From an uncultured Verrucomicrobiota bacterium (GTDB lineage Bacteria > Verrucomicrobiota > Verrucomicrobiia > Limisphaerales > UBA9464): 64,000 nt of DNA. Below the pieces are notes generated by a model that did no database searches, was not told where the DNA came from, and saw nothing but the letters and a program-made list of their open reading frames with translations. Shown here one piece after another: positions 29,501 to 40,400 of the stretch; within the stretch, counting starts at the first letter, position 1, and every line of letters starts with the position of its first letter. The stretch spans positions 2,780 to 66,779 of the forward strand of contig CAIVQB010000073.1 of NCBI GenBank assembly GCA_903907925.1, written 5' to 3'. The position numbers were made by a program, and so were the translations under genes.

Positions 29501-31458
29501 TCAAGGCGAAGGAGATCGATCCGGACTGCGGGATCCACCCGACGGAAGAAAGAGTAGTTCAAACAAATCATGCAGCCCCATCGCGCCGGCGACACTCAGA
29601 TGGCTCTCATCGCAATAGAGTGCACTGCCGTTGCGAATGATCCGATACCGTCCGGTGTTGGGATCGGTGAACACGGCGGAGGGATCCAGGATTCTTGCCA
29701 CCCGAAACCGCGGGTCCGGATTCCGGAACAGCGCCTCCTGTCGCTCCATCTCCACGCGGTAGTCCTCCAGCCGACCGCCCATTTGTGAAAAATCCCAGCC
29801 GTGCAACATCGCTGAGGCAAGGAGCGTGGGAACATTCCATCGAGGCTTCGGAACCTGTTTCAAGATCCACACGACGGCACCGGCCCGATCCAGTTTCTCG
29901 ACAGTCTCGGACAGGCGGTCGTGGAGTTTTTCAGTGCTGTTGTTCTCAAGGTGTCCCAACCACTTCGCAACCAGCACCACGTTCCGCACGCGGTTCTTCC
30001 GTACGAATTCAACCAGGGAAGCGTTGGCAAGCGCGCTCTCCGGAAAAGCGAATCGTCCCTGCTTCACCTCTCCAATCAACGGAGCGGTTGACGCATGAAC
30101 CGCGGCCACCCCGCGAACTCCATGTTCTGCACACAGGGAATCCATTACTGGAATCACCGCGGCGGCATGACTGTCACCCCAGAGCAACACTTCGATCGGA
30201 GTTCGGTCGCCCGCACCTCCAAGTTCAATCAGTTTCCCGGCCAGCAAATCCTCCAGCTTCAATTGGTAGCAATATCGCTGATTCAATCCGTAGTCGTCCC
30301 TGCCCTCGGCAAGAATTCGATTGGCCTGGTCGGGGAGTCGCGTCGGAACTCCATCAAGCTTATTGATCGCCAACCCAAAGACCCCAAACACCGCAGTGCC
30401 GGTCGCCAGGGAAATAAACACCGTCTTCTGCACGGCGACTGGGCCACGTCGACGCAACGGGGTTTCAACATATTTCCAGGAAACATAGGAAACGAGGAAC
30501 ACTCCGATCAGGAGTCCCGCGGTCTGAGAGGGTTGAACCTGTCCGAAGGTGAGTACCTTGGAATAAACGATCGCGGGCCAGTGCCAGAGATAAAGTGAAT
30601 AGGAGATGGCTCCAATCAGCGTGACCGGTCGAAATGAAAGCAGTCTTCCAACAGTGTTGCCCTTTCCGGCGCCAGCCCAAATGACGAGAGCGGCGCCAAC
30701 ACAGGGAAGGAGTGTTGCCGTTCCCGGAAATGGTGTGCGGGCATCCAAGGCTGCGATCGCGACTCCGATCATCAAAAGACCCGACCATCCCAGGCCTTCC
30801 ACCATCCATCGCGGGCGCCCGCTGGAATCCGGCACTCCCGCAGCCAACCAAGCCCCCAGCAACAGTTCCCAGGCGCGGGAGGGCAGGAGAAAGAAGTTGA
30901 ACATCGGGTAGCTCCGACCCAGGGAAAGACAGGTGACAAAGCTCACCACCGCTACCAAAACGATGCCCCTTAACAACCTCGCGCGGCCCGCACAGACCAA
31001 GGCAGCCAGTGAGAAAACCAGGTAGAATTGCTCCTCGACCGCGAGCGACCAAGTGTGAAGGAACGGACGCAGCTCGGCCGCCCTGTCAAAATACCCGGAG
31101 GATCGAAAGAAATAGAAATTCGATGCGGAGACCGATTGAGCGAACAGTTCCTGCCCGAGGAGTTTGAACTCATAGGGAAGGAGAATGAAATATCCAGCCG
31201 TCGCCGTCGCGACGGTCACCAGGGCGAGGGCGGGGAAGATGCGCCGGATGCGCCGTTCAAAGAAATCGACGATTCGGAATCGACCAGCGTCGAAGTCCTT
31301 AAGAATCAGACCGGTGATCAAATAGCCGGAGATGACGAAAAACACGTCGACCCGACAAACCCTCCGGGACAACCCATTCCTGCGTGAAAAAAGACCACCG
31401 CCAGAACGGCGACAGCTCTCAGCCCGGTTCGGAAAAGCGGCGAATCGATACCGGACAC
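29501..31458 (-). pseudogene. Acyltransferase-3 (OafA/YrhL-type) plus SGNH domain gene with a 1-nt frameshift in a C/G run at about 31351-31353
   Basis: The main ORF starts inside the conserved block VDVFFVISGYLIT. The missing N-terminus (IDSPLFRTGLRAVAVLAVVFFHAGMGCPGGFVG) is encoded just upstream in another frame. A C-terminal GDSH motif (LLWGDSHAAAV) is present. Confidence 0.75.
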
Positions 31459-31950
31459 CCGTTCAACTTCGGCCCGCAATGGTCGTCGGACGGAGAATGG
31501 CTGCTATTCGTCAGCGGCGTGCGCGGCCGCAGCAATCCGTATGTGGTGAAGCGCGACGGCACCGGACTCCGGCAACTGGCCGATCTGAACGGCTACCGGG
31601 GTTGGATCCTCTTCCTCGACGTTCCTGATTTTCACGAAGGAAGCAGCGACGTTCCGGTCTGGGCGAAGGATGGGAAATCGATTTTCTACACCGCGAAGGT
31701 CGGGAACAACGTGGAGGTGTTTCAAGCCGAACTCGATGGGAGGATTCTTCAACTGACTCGAACGCCCGAAGGCACCCTCCACTATCATCCGCAGCCTTCA
31801 CCCGACGGCCGTTGGCTGGCCTACGGTTCCAAGCGCGCTGGAGCGGGGCAGCTCTTCATCCGGAACCTCACCGACGGCCGCGAACGGTCCGTCACCCGCC
31901 TGACGCCAGGACACAGCGCCATGTGGCTGCAGTGGCAACCGACTCCGTAG
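31455..31950 (+). pseudogene. 5'-truncated fragment of a TolB-like PD40 beta-propeller gene
   Basis: PD40 repeats are present (WSSDGEWLLFVSG, PSPDGRWLAYGS). There is no signal peptide and no credible start, and the upstream part of the listed ORF overlaps the acyltransferase N-terminal coding segment on the other strand. Confidence 0.5.
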
Positions 31951-31981
31951 ATCGAACCGGCACCGTTGTCCGGGCGTCGCG

Positions 31982-34639
31982 CTACTGGATCAGGACCACC
32001 CGATAGAAGCGTTGGGTCCCGCCTCCGGGCTTCACGGTTGAAGTCATCGCCGGATCCGTCGCAACCGCTGGATCTCCCGCCGCAATCCAATTCGCCACAC
32101 CCAGGTCGTCGGTGTATTGCAGTTGATAGTTCAAACCGGGCACCGCATTCCATGCCAGCACGACCTGGGTGGGTGTTGCCGACTGAATCCCAAGGACCGC
32201 CGCCGCGACCCGCTCCACCCGGATGTCATCCAGTCCAAACGCGTTGTCATCGTTTCGGAATTCGAAGGTCAGGTCGGTTTGAGTTCCGGTGGCCGGGACC
32301 ACAAAAGATGCGAGCGTCCACGGCATGACTCCGACATCGGATTGATCGAGCAGGACGGTCCCGTTCCAAGAGGCTCGAAACTGATTCGGTGTTCCTTCGG
32401 CGGGATTGTTCCAATAAAATGAGAGCGAATACAGTTCGCCGGGAAGGGTCGGCAGGGTTTGGGACAGCGAACCTAGGGCGGTATTCTCCCCCAGAAACAT
32501 CCCGAAGATGCCTGAATGGACAAACTGGCTGTCATCGATTCCGGGGATGGTTGAGCTTCCAAGGAGAAGGCTGGTGTCGATGGAGTCGACGAAGTTGTTG
32601 TCGGTGCTTCCGTTCAACGTCCAGCCATCATAGTCCCCGGTTTCAAATCCTCCGTTCCGACGATCGTCGGTCATCGGACGCTCCTGCACCGACCCGGTGT
32701 CGAGATTGACGAACGCCACCGAGGCGCTTCGCGAGCCCAACAACAACCCGGTGTCATCGGGATTCAACGACAAGGTCACCGTGGCCGCGGGGCCGCCCGG
32801 GGTCAGAGTTCCACCCGTTGAAGTGGCCAGAAGCCACGAGGGCAGGTTCCGGACGGCCCAGTGCACCGTGGTCGAACTGGTGTTGCTGAGGGTGTAGGTC
32901 TGTTCCTTCACGCCAAATCCATCGCGCACCGGTTCGACCACGAACAGTCCAAGCGGGGGCGTGATCTGAAGGCTGTCGGCCGGCGCGAGGGCCAGCAGTG
33001 CGTTGATGAAATCCGTGCCGCGGGGCGTGCCCCAACCGGTGCAGAGGTCATAGCCGCGCGTCGCCGAGAACAGTCCCGCGCTTCCAGTGCTGGCGTTGTT
33101 GCCGGTGGTGATGTCGTGAAAAACAGCCGCCGTGCGGGGATCTCTGCCGATGCGGTAGACCGCCGGATTGAGGAATCCAACCGGCTGTTGACCCTTCGCC
33201 GCCGCCTGTTCGTTCGCCAGAGCCATCAAGCCCGCCCAAAGCGGCGCGGCAATGCTGGTGCCCTGGAACGCGGCACCCTTGCCCTTGTCGGCGATCGCCC
33301 AGACATTGTCGGCGACCATGGCCACATCCGGAATGTTGCGAAACACGGTCGACCCACGATTGAGGGTCATGTCGATGCCCTGTTGCCACTCGGGAAGCGG
33401 ATACAGCGTGCTGATTCCCCCGCCGCTGCCACTCCAGGTCGTTTCGGAACTCCACTTCTTGAGGCCGTCCGTCGTCAGGCTGGTGCCACCGACGATCGTG
33501 ATGTAGGGATTGTCCGAGGCCTGTTCGACGGGCCCCACAAAGGCCCCATTGTCGCCCGAGGCGAGAAAGTACGACTGCCCCTGTGCCGCGTATTCCTGGA
33601 AGATCTGTTGGGAGATGATGTCGGCGTCAAACCCCCAGGAACAACTGAGCTGCCGCGCCAGATTGTCCGTCGCCATTCGGTTGAGCAGGTGATCGATGCT
33701 CGCGCCAGTGGCGTCCGGCGAGGCTTCGTACACCAGCAGTTGGGACAGACCCGGTGCCATGCTCATGGTCACCTCGATGTCGAGCGCCACCTCTTCATTG
33801 GCGCTGCCGGTACTGCGTCCCGCTGGGATTCCATTGAACCCATCGATCAAAACATTCTTCAGCGGCACCTTGGTGATTCCCGCCAGTGTGGCATAGGCGG
33901 TGATATCGGAGGCGTAGTAGCCATCCAGTTCGAACAAACCGACGGATTGACCCTGACCGTTCAACGTCGTTCCGGGCAGATAGGCGCTCCGAAAATCATT
34001 CCCAATGAAGGTGGCGGTGGGACCGGATCCCGCCCGCGGAACACCGCCCGTTGCGGATCGGACGGGCGATGCACCAGAGGCCGGCCGGAGACTCCTCGGA
34101 CGCGGCAAGCTGAAGTTGTCCAGACCGCTGATGTGCAACACGCGGGTGGACAGCTCGAGTGAGGGTTCGGCGTCGGCAGCAAAGAAGGTGCGGAATTCGG
34201 TCGGGTGCGGGTAAAGGCGGAACGTCACTCCCAACGCCCGTTCCACGGTCGCCACGTCGCCCTCCACATTAAGCAACAATCGATTGGAATGTGTGGCCGT
34301 CACCACCAGTCCCTTCGCCGCGGCGAATTGTTTCAGCGACTGGTAGTCCGCTTCCGACGGACCGAACCGTTGGGTGAATTGATCAGGAGTAAGAAAATGC
34401 CGGAACTGCGGATGGGCCGGATCGTACAAGTCTCGGAGAAGGTTGGTGAGACCCTCGGGATCGACCCACGGCAGACCGATCGCCAGTTTCAACCGGTTCG
34501 TCGCCGCCAGCCGACCGACCGGCTGCACCTGGGCCTCCGGCCTGAGTCGTTGGCCAGCAATTCGTTGCCGCTCCACCGCAAGCGACCGGGAACAGACGCC
34601 CAGAAGCAGGCCAACGGTCAGAATCGCACGCAGTCTCAT
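31982..34639 (-). CDS. Secreted S53 (sedolisin/kumamolisin-like) peptidase with pro-domain and C-terminal CBM-like and Fn3-like modules
   Basis: The signal peptide is MRLRAILTVGLLLGVCSRSLA. The pro-kumamolisin activation region includes HPQFRHFLTPDQFTQRFGPSEADY. The catalytic-Ser region is GTSIAAPLWAGLMALANEQ, and the C-terminus has an NGGFETGDYDGWT module. Confidence 0.85.
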   Translation of the reverse strand: MRLRAILTVGLLLGVCSRSLAVERQRIAGQRLRPEAQVQPVGRLAATNRLKLAIGLPWVDPEGLTNLLRDLYDPAHPQFRHFLTPDQFTQRFGPSEADYQSLKQFAAAKGLVVTATHSNRLLLNVEGDVATVERALGVTFRLYPHPTEFRTFFAADAEPSLELSTRVLHISGLDNFSLPRPRSLRPASGASPVRSATGGVPRAGSGPTATFIGNDFRSAYLPGTTLNGQGQSVGLFELDGYYASDITAYATLAGITKVPLKNVLIDGFNGIPAGRSTGSANEEVALDIEVTMSMAPGLSQLLVYEASPDATGASIDHLLNRMATDNLARQLSCSWGFDADIISQQIFQEYAAQGQSYFLASGDNGAFVGPVEQASDNPYITIVGGTSLTTDGLKKWSSETTWSGSGGGISTLYPLPEWQQGIDMTLNRGSTVFRNIPDVAMVADNVWAIADKGKGAAFQGTSIAAPLWAGLMALANEQAAAKGQQPVGFLNPAVYRIGRDPRTAAVFHDITTGNNASTGSAGLFSATRGYDLCTGWGTPRGTDFINALLALAPADSLQITPPLGLFVVEPVRDGFGVKEQTYTLSNTSSTTVHWAVRNLPSWLLATSTGGTLTPGGPAATVTLSLNPDDTGLLLGSRSASVAFVNLDTGSVQERPMTDDRRNGGFETGDYDGWTLNGSTDNNFVDSIDTSLLLGSSTIPGIDDSQFVHSGIFGMFLGENTALGSLSQTLPTLPGELYSLSFYWNNPAEGTPNQFRASWNGTVLLDQSDVGVMPWTLASFVVPATGTQTDLTFEFRNDDNAFGLDDIRVERVAAAVLGIQSATPTQVVLAWNAVPGLNYQLQYTDDLGVANWIAAGDPAVATDPAMTSTVKPGGGTQRFYRVVLIQ

Positions 34640-34765
34640 GGATGAAACCTTTCTCAATCGCGGGGCGGAAGTGGATGACCCCGGGAGAATGGGGAAACTG
34701 GACCAAGTTTTCATCAGGAACCTGCAATTGAGCAATACACGGGCCAGAATCAGGCCCAGTGGCCG

Positions 34766-35953
34766 TCAGTAATAGCTCAGCAACCAGCCATTCCGGGTGC
34801 GGTCCACCGAGAGTACGAGGCGTTCATCCCGACCTACAGCACGCGCCGCCGAAAGATAGAAGACCGGACTCTTCCAATGATTGGCGTCGCTGACCGACGC
34901 CGGGAGGGTGTTCAGCGTGGTGGGCCCCAGGGTGAGCTCAAAACCGACCAGCAGACCGTTCAACACCCCCGCGGCGCAACTGGTGATGTCCAACGATTGA
35001 CTGGGTGCCTGCCCGTCGAAATTCGCGAAATCCACCTCCGCCAACACTACCGGATCCGCCAGTTTCAACCAGTCCCGGGCCTTCTGCGGGCTGATGTAAA
35101 ACAGCGGTCGATCGTCGGGATGACACATCTTCTGGAGTGGCGAGAAATCAGTACCATACCACGTCTTCCACGTTTCCAGGGTGGCCGGCAGTACCAAGTG
35201 TTTGGAAAGCTCGGTCTCAGGAATCGAGACCGGCAGTCCCAGCACGCGCAGCCGACCCGGAAGGTACCGCGCCCCCGGTTGAAGGAGGCGTTTTCGGGCA
35301 TCAAGCAGGACCGGAATCACTCCTTCGCCCAGCGGATCGTTGCCAATGATCTCGCTGACCACCACGTCGGCCAGTTCCGGCAGTTCAATTTGGGTCGACC
35401 AGCCGCGAATGAGCGTGATGCGATCCGCGTAGGCGCTGGCCTCGAAGTTGGCCTGCGCCACGTCCGCCATGGACCCGGACTCCACGGCGTAAACCCTTCG
35501 CGCCCCCGCCTGCGCCGCCGCCAACGCGAGCACCCCGGTGCCGGTTCCGATATCCAGCACCACATCCCCGGGACGGACCACCGCCCGCAGGCCGGCGAAA
35601 TAGGCATCGACCCGCGCCCGATCGTTCAGCATGGCGATGTGAACTCGGGCATTGCCGAATCCTCGATCCGTGGAAAACGGTCTGGCCTCGTGGGTCAGCA
35701 GACAGCCGAGTTCATGCAACCGCTTCACCGTCGCCAATGCCACGGCATGGTCTTCGGTGCCCTCCGCGAAGATCGACCGCAGTCCAAGCTGCAGGGGGGT
35801 CGGCGTCGCGAAGGCCTTCAGGATCTCAAACGTATGCCGACCGCTCTCGATCCACCCGCCCTCCATGAAAACTCGGACCGAATTGTCGGCCACGAGGTTC
35901 AGTTCCAAGTCGACGATGCGATGAAGGAGAGTGTCGGGTGTCAGTTCGGTCAT
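34766..35953 (-). CDS. Protein arginine N-methyltransferase (PRMT)-like class I SAM methyltransferase
   Basis: Motif I is VVLDIGTGTGVLALAAAQAGARRVYAVE. A double-E-loop-like VVSEIIGNDPLGEG and a THW-loop-like NHWKSPVFYL are present. The ORF is open to 36109, and ATG at 35953 (MTELTPD) is the preferred start. Confidence 0.75.
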   Translation of the reverse strand: MTELTPDTLLHRIVDLELNLVADNSVRVFMEGGWIESGRHTFEILKAFATPTPLQLGLRSIFAEGTEDHAVALATVKRLHELGCLLTHEARPFSTDRGFGNARVHIAMLNDRARVDAYFAGLRAVVRPGDVVLDIGTGTGVLALAAAQAGARRVYAVESGSMADVAQANFEASAYADRITLIRGWSTQIELPELADVVVSEIIGNDPLGEGVIPVLLDARKRLLQPGARYLPGRLRVLGLPVSIPETELSKHLVLPATLETWKTWYGTDFSPLQKMCHPDDRPLFYISPQKARDWLKLADPVVLAEVDFANFDGQAPSQSLDITSCAAGVLNGLLVGFELTLGPTTLNTLPASVSDANHWKSPVFYLSAARAVGRDERLVLSVDRTRNGWLLSYY

Positions 35954-36177
35954 GTTCAAAATCTCTCGCGGTCTGACCTCCGAATCCGGGTCGTCGTCCG
36001 CAACGATGCTCTGGTGGGGTAAATGAGATGATCTGCCCGGCAACTCGGATTCCGTCACCGATGCACCACGCCGTGAACCGGGACGATGGCAGAAACCGCC
36101 GCCCATCACAAAACTTCCCGGCCTCCACCGGATTCAGTGGTTTTGCAGGCGCGCCGCGGTCCGTGTACTCTCCGCCG

Positions 36178-37404
36178 ATGACCCGGCGTTTTTCTTGGAG
36201 GGGTGCTCTCATTTTCATTTTTCTCTTTGCCTGCACTGCGGCGGGTGCCGCACCCCTGAAGGAACAGAGGTTCATCGACACCCCCACCGGAATCGACTGG
36301 CTCGCCCGCTGGGAACGCAACATCACCGACGATGCCCGCAACCGCTATTGCGACGGCGAACGGGGCGAGGAACTCGGCTGGCGGGTCAGTCCGTTTTTGA
36401 ACGGGTTCCATTCCGCCTACCGCGCCACTCTCGATCCGAGGTGGATCGAGCGGCTGATCGATTGGACGGATTCCTGCATCCGTCGCGGCGTTCGGGAACC
36501 GGACGGTTTCACCGGATGGCCCAAAGGAGACGGCGGCGGCGGCGATTCCAGGGCCTATTCCGCGGACAGCCTCCTGGGTGAGGCGATGCTGATGCGTCCG
36601 GTCGTTCTGATGGCCCAAACGATTCAGAAGGATTCCCAACTCAACGCCAAATACGGAGCCAAAGCCCGCGAATACCTCGCGCTCGCTGAATCCCTGTTCG
36701 CAAAATGGGATTCCAGCGCATGCTGGCGCGCGACCACCAACGGCGGGGTCTGGATCGTTCCCGCATTCGGCATCGACAGCGCCACAGGCGGATGGTCCGC
36801 CGGCTACACGAATCGAACGACCACCGGATTCACCAATCCCGACAACAAGGAGAACCACATCGCGCTCTGGATGCTGGCGATGCATGACGCCACCGGAAAA
36901 GCGATCTATCGCGACCGCGCGGAACACTGGTTTCGAGTAATGAAATCACGCATGAAGCGGCGCGAGGACGGAAAATATTGGGTTTGGAACTACTGGGAGC
37001 CGGCCGGGCCCTGGGATTTCCAAACCAACGGCACTCCGAAACACTGGATTGGCGTGCATCCCAACGGCGGCTACTACGCGATCGACCTGGAAGCCATCGT
37101 CTGCGCCTACCAACACGATCTGGTCTTCACCCGGGCAGACCTCGACCGATTGATCGCCACCAATCGTGATTTCATGTGGAACCAGAGCGTCGAAAATGCG
37201 CGGTTTCAACGCATCGACGGCGAACCGCCGGATCCGCGTTGGAAGAATTCGCCCGGGCTTTTGTGGGAAGCTTTGCTCCCGTATGACAAAACCCTTCGGA
37301 CGATCTTCATCGCCAATCACAACCCCGCGAGTTGGGGCGGATTGGCATCCACGCCCCGGTTCCTGGCGGATGACAATGCCGGGCTTCACCCTTCCCAGCC
37401 ATGA
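36178..37404 (+). CDS. Secreted hypothetical protein, possibly an alpha/alpha-toroid glycan-active enzyme
   Basis: The signal peptide is MTRRFSWRGALIFIFLFACTAAGAAP. An ATGA overlap links it to the downstream GH2-like gene. No family is confidently recognised. Confidence 0.6.
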   Translation: MTRRFSWRGALIFIFLFACTAAGAAPLKEQRFIDTPTGIDWLARWERNITDDARNRYCDGERGEELGWRVSPFLNGFHSAYRATLDPRWIERLIDWTDSCIRRGVREPDGFTGWPKGDGGGGDSRAYSADSLLGEAMLMRPVVLMAQTIQKDSQLNAKYGAKAREYLALAESLFAKWDSSACWRATTNGGVWIVPAFGIDSATGGWSAGYTNRTTTGFTNPDNKENHIALWMLAMHDATGKAIYRDRAEHWFRVMKSRMKRREDGKYWVWNYWEPAGPWDFQTNGTPKHWIGVHPNGGYYAIDLEAIVCAYQHDLVFTRADLDRLIATNRDFMWNQSVENARFQRIDGEPPDPRWKNSPGLLWEALLPYDKTLRTIFIANHNPASWGGLASTPRFLADDNAGLHPSQP

Positions 37405-40400
37405 TTCCCCGTTCGTTCTTCCCGTGGTGGGCACTGTGGTCGGCCTCCCGGTTCCATGCCGTGATGGTGATGATGATCGGTTTGGCGTTCACCGACCTTC
37501 ACGCCGACGCCTTCTCGACCCCACTTCCGGACGGCGTGCGCGCCGTGTGGGAACCCGGCAAAGCCTTTCACGAAACCACCCCGACCCGCGAGCGCATCTG
37601 CCTCAACGGCCTGTGGCGCTGGCAGCCCGGTGATGTCCACGAGGAACGGACCCCGGTTGGAAACTGGGGATTCTTCAAGGTCCCGGGCTGCTGGCCTGGC
37701 ATCGCCGACTACATGCAGAAGGATTCCCAGACTCTGTTCGCGAACACGGAGTGGAAGGGCTTCAAACCGGCAGAGACCGCCGCGGCCTGGTACGAGCGGG
37801 AAATCACTGTTCCCAGTGCCTGGTCCGGCCGTGCCTTCGCGCTCCAGGTCGAATCGCTGAACTCTCTCGCCATCGTTTTTGTCGACGGGGCGAAGGTGGA
37901 TGAACTCCATTTTCCCGGCGGCGAGCTGGATCTGACCCACGCCTTGCGGACGGGTGCCACCCATCGCCTCAGCATCCTGGTCGTCGCGCTGCCGATGAAG
38001 GGCGTGATGCTCTCTTACACTGACAGCGCCTCGGCGCGCGAAGTGAAGGGTGCGGTCGCGCGGCGGGGATTGTGCGGCGATGTCTTTCTTGTCAGCCGGC
38101 CTCGCGGTCCACGGATCACCGATCTCCGTGTGGCCACCTCCGTCCGTCAACGGCACCTGACGGTTTTCATCGCGCTCGACGGACTTGCACCCGACGGTCA
38201 CTACCGGATCCAGACCCGCCTCTTCAAGAGCGACGCGCAACTCGAGGAGTTCATCAGCCCCACTTTTCAAGCCGCCGACCTCCGCGAGGGCCGCCTGTTG
38301 ATGACCAACCACTGGATGCCGGACACGCTTTGGGACATTCATACGCCGCAGAATACATTCGATCTGAAGTCGTCGTTGGTGAATGCCGACGGAACCGTGT
38401 TGGACAGTGATTGGCGGCAGCGCATCGGCTTTCGCGAGTTCTGGATTGAAGGTCGCGACTTCGTCCTCAACGGCACCCGCATTGCGCTCTCGGCAGTTCC
38501 ACTCGACAACGCGCAGATCGGCGCGGCGCTGGCCACCTACGAGTCCGCCTGTGAAAGCCTTCGACGGCTCAAGAGTTTCGGAATCAACTACGTTTATACC
38601 CACCACTACGGCTGCGAGCCGGGTGCGCATCTGGACTTCTCCGAAATCCTGCGGGCCGCCGACGATGTCGGGATGTTGGTGGGATTCACCCAACCCCATT
38701 TCAGCCACTACGAGTGGAGTGCTGCTGATGCAGATGAGAAAAATGGCTACGCCCGACACGCGGCCTACTACGCACGCGTCGCCGGACTGCATCCCTCGGT
38801 GGTGATGTATGCGATGAGCCACAACGCCACCGGCTACGAAGAGGACATGAACCCCGATTTGATCGACGGAATTCACGGGGACCGCGATCAGTGGGCCGCC
38901 AAAAACGTGAAGCTGGCGACGCGGGCCGAAGCAATTGTCCGGCGGATGGATCCAACCCGGATCGTTTATCATCATGCGTCGGGGAATCTGGGCGTGATGC
39001 ACGACAGCAATTTCTATCCGAACTTCGCTCCGATCCAGGAGCTGGACGACTGGTTCGAGCATTGGGCGACCACCGGAGTGAAACCCGCGTTCACCTGCGA
39101 ATACGGCGCGCCCTTCACCTGGGATTGGACGATGTACCGGGGTTGGTACAAGGGTCAGCGCGAGTGGGGCAGCGCCCGGGTTCCATGGGAATTCTGTCTC
39201 GCGGAATGGAATGCTCAGTTCCTCGGAGACCCCGCCTACCAGATCAGCGAGCCGGAAAAAACGAACCTCCGCTGGGAGGCCGGGCAGTACCGTGCCGGGA
39301 ACGTCTGGCATCGTTGGGACTATCCGAATTCGGTCGGTTCGGACCGGTTCGATGAACGGTATCCGGTCTTCGCCCGGTATCTCACCTTCAACTGGCGGGC
39401 CTATCGCACCTGGGGAGTCTCCGGCATTTCACCCTGGGAATTTGAGCATTTCTGGAAGGTTCGAGAAGGCGTCGACCGTCGTCGGAAGAATCTCAAGGTC
39501 GACTGGGACCACCTCCAACGACCTGGATTCAGCCCCGATTTCATCGATCAACAGTGTGAGCGGATGGACCTGGCCTTCGAAGCGTCGGACTGGATTGCCA
39601 CTCCTGCGGCCGAGGCTTTGATGCGCAACAATCGTCCGTTGCTGGCCTACATCGCCGGAAAGACGGGCGCGTTCACCGCCAAGGATCACAACTACCGGGC
39701 CGGCGAAACTGCGGAGAAGCAATTCATCGCGATCAACAACTCCCGGGAAGCCGTGACCTGCTCGCTGTCCGCATCCCTCAATCTACCGAGCGCGATCACC
39801 GCCCAGCATCGAGTCCAGATTGCCGTCGGGGACCAGGTCCGAATTCCGTTTCCATTCACGATTCCCGCCAATCTTCCCTCAGGCCGCTACGAACTTCATC
39901 TGACCGCGACTTTCAACAACGGCGAGTCACAGGACGACCGCTTCCAGATCGACGTAGTGCCGAATCCGGGTCTTCGCGATGGAACCACCCCTCTTCCCAG
40001 AATCGCATTGTTCGATCCCAAGGGTGAAACCGGGCACTTGCTCCAAGCGCTGGGGATTTCCGCGGAATCTGTGACGGCGGACACGGATCTTTCGCCCTTC
40101 GAAGTACTGGTGATCGGCAAGGCGGGATTGACGGTCGAAGGGGCTTTTCCAGATCTGAGCCGGGTGCGACTCGGCCTTCGAGTAATCGTCTTCGAGCAGA
40201 CTTCCGACGTTCTGGAGAAGCGTCTGGGATTCCGCGTTCAGGAATATGGATTGCGCGACGTGTTTCCGCGTGTTGCCGGACATCCCGCACTCGCCGGGAT
40301 CAATCCGGAGAACCTCCGCGATTGGCGCGGATCCGCGACCTTGCTGGCGTCCCGGTTGAAGTACGAAATGCGATCGCGCTACGGGCCCACCGTGGAATGG

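Noticed and set aside
37386-39311. There are very long ORFs antisense to, or out of frame with, the called genes. Examples: 37386..39311(-) 641 aa, 20643..22436(+) 597 aa, 25275..26957(+) 560 aa, 32861..34162(+), 22800..24023(+), 58341..59573(-), 54177..55193(-), 39927..40970(-), 18346..19389(-), 7577..8557(+).
   Set aside because: Their translations are Arg/Gly/Pro/His-rich low-complexity sequence with no recognisable domains. Each fully overlaps a gene with clear family motifs on the other strand or frame. This is the expected stop-codon depletion of high-GC DNA.
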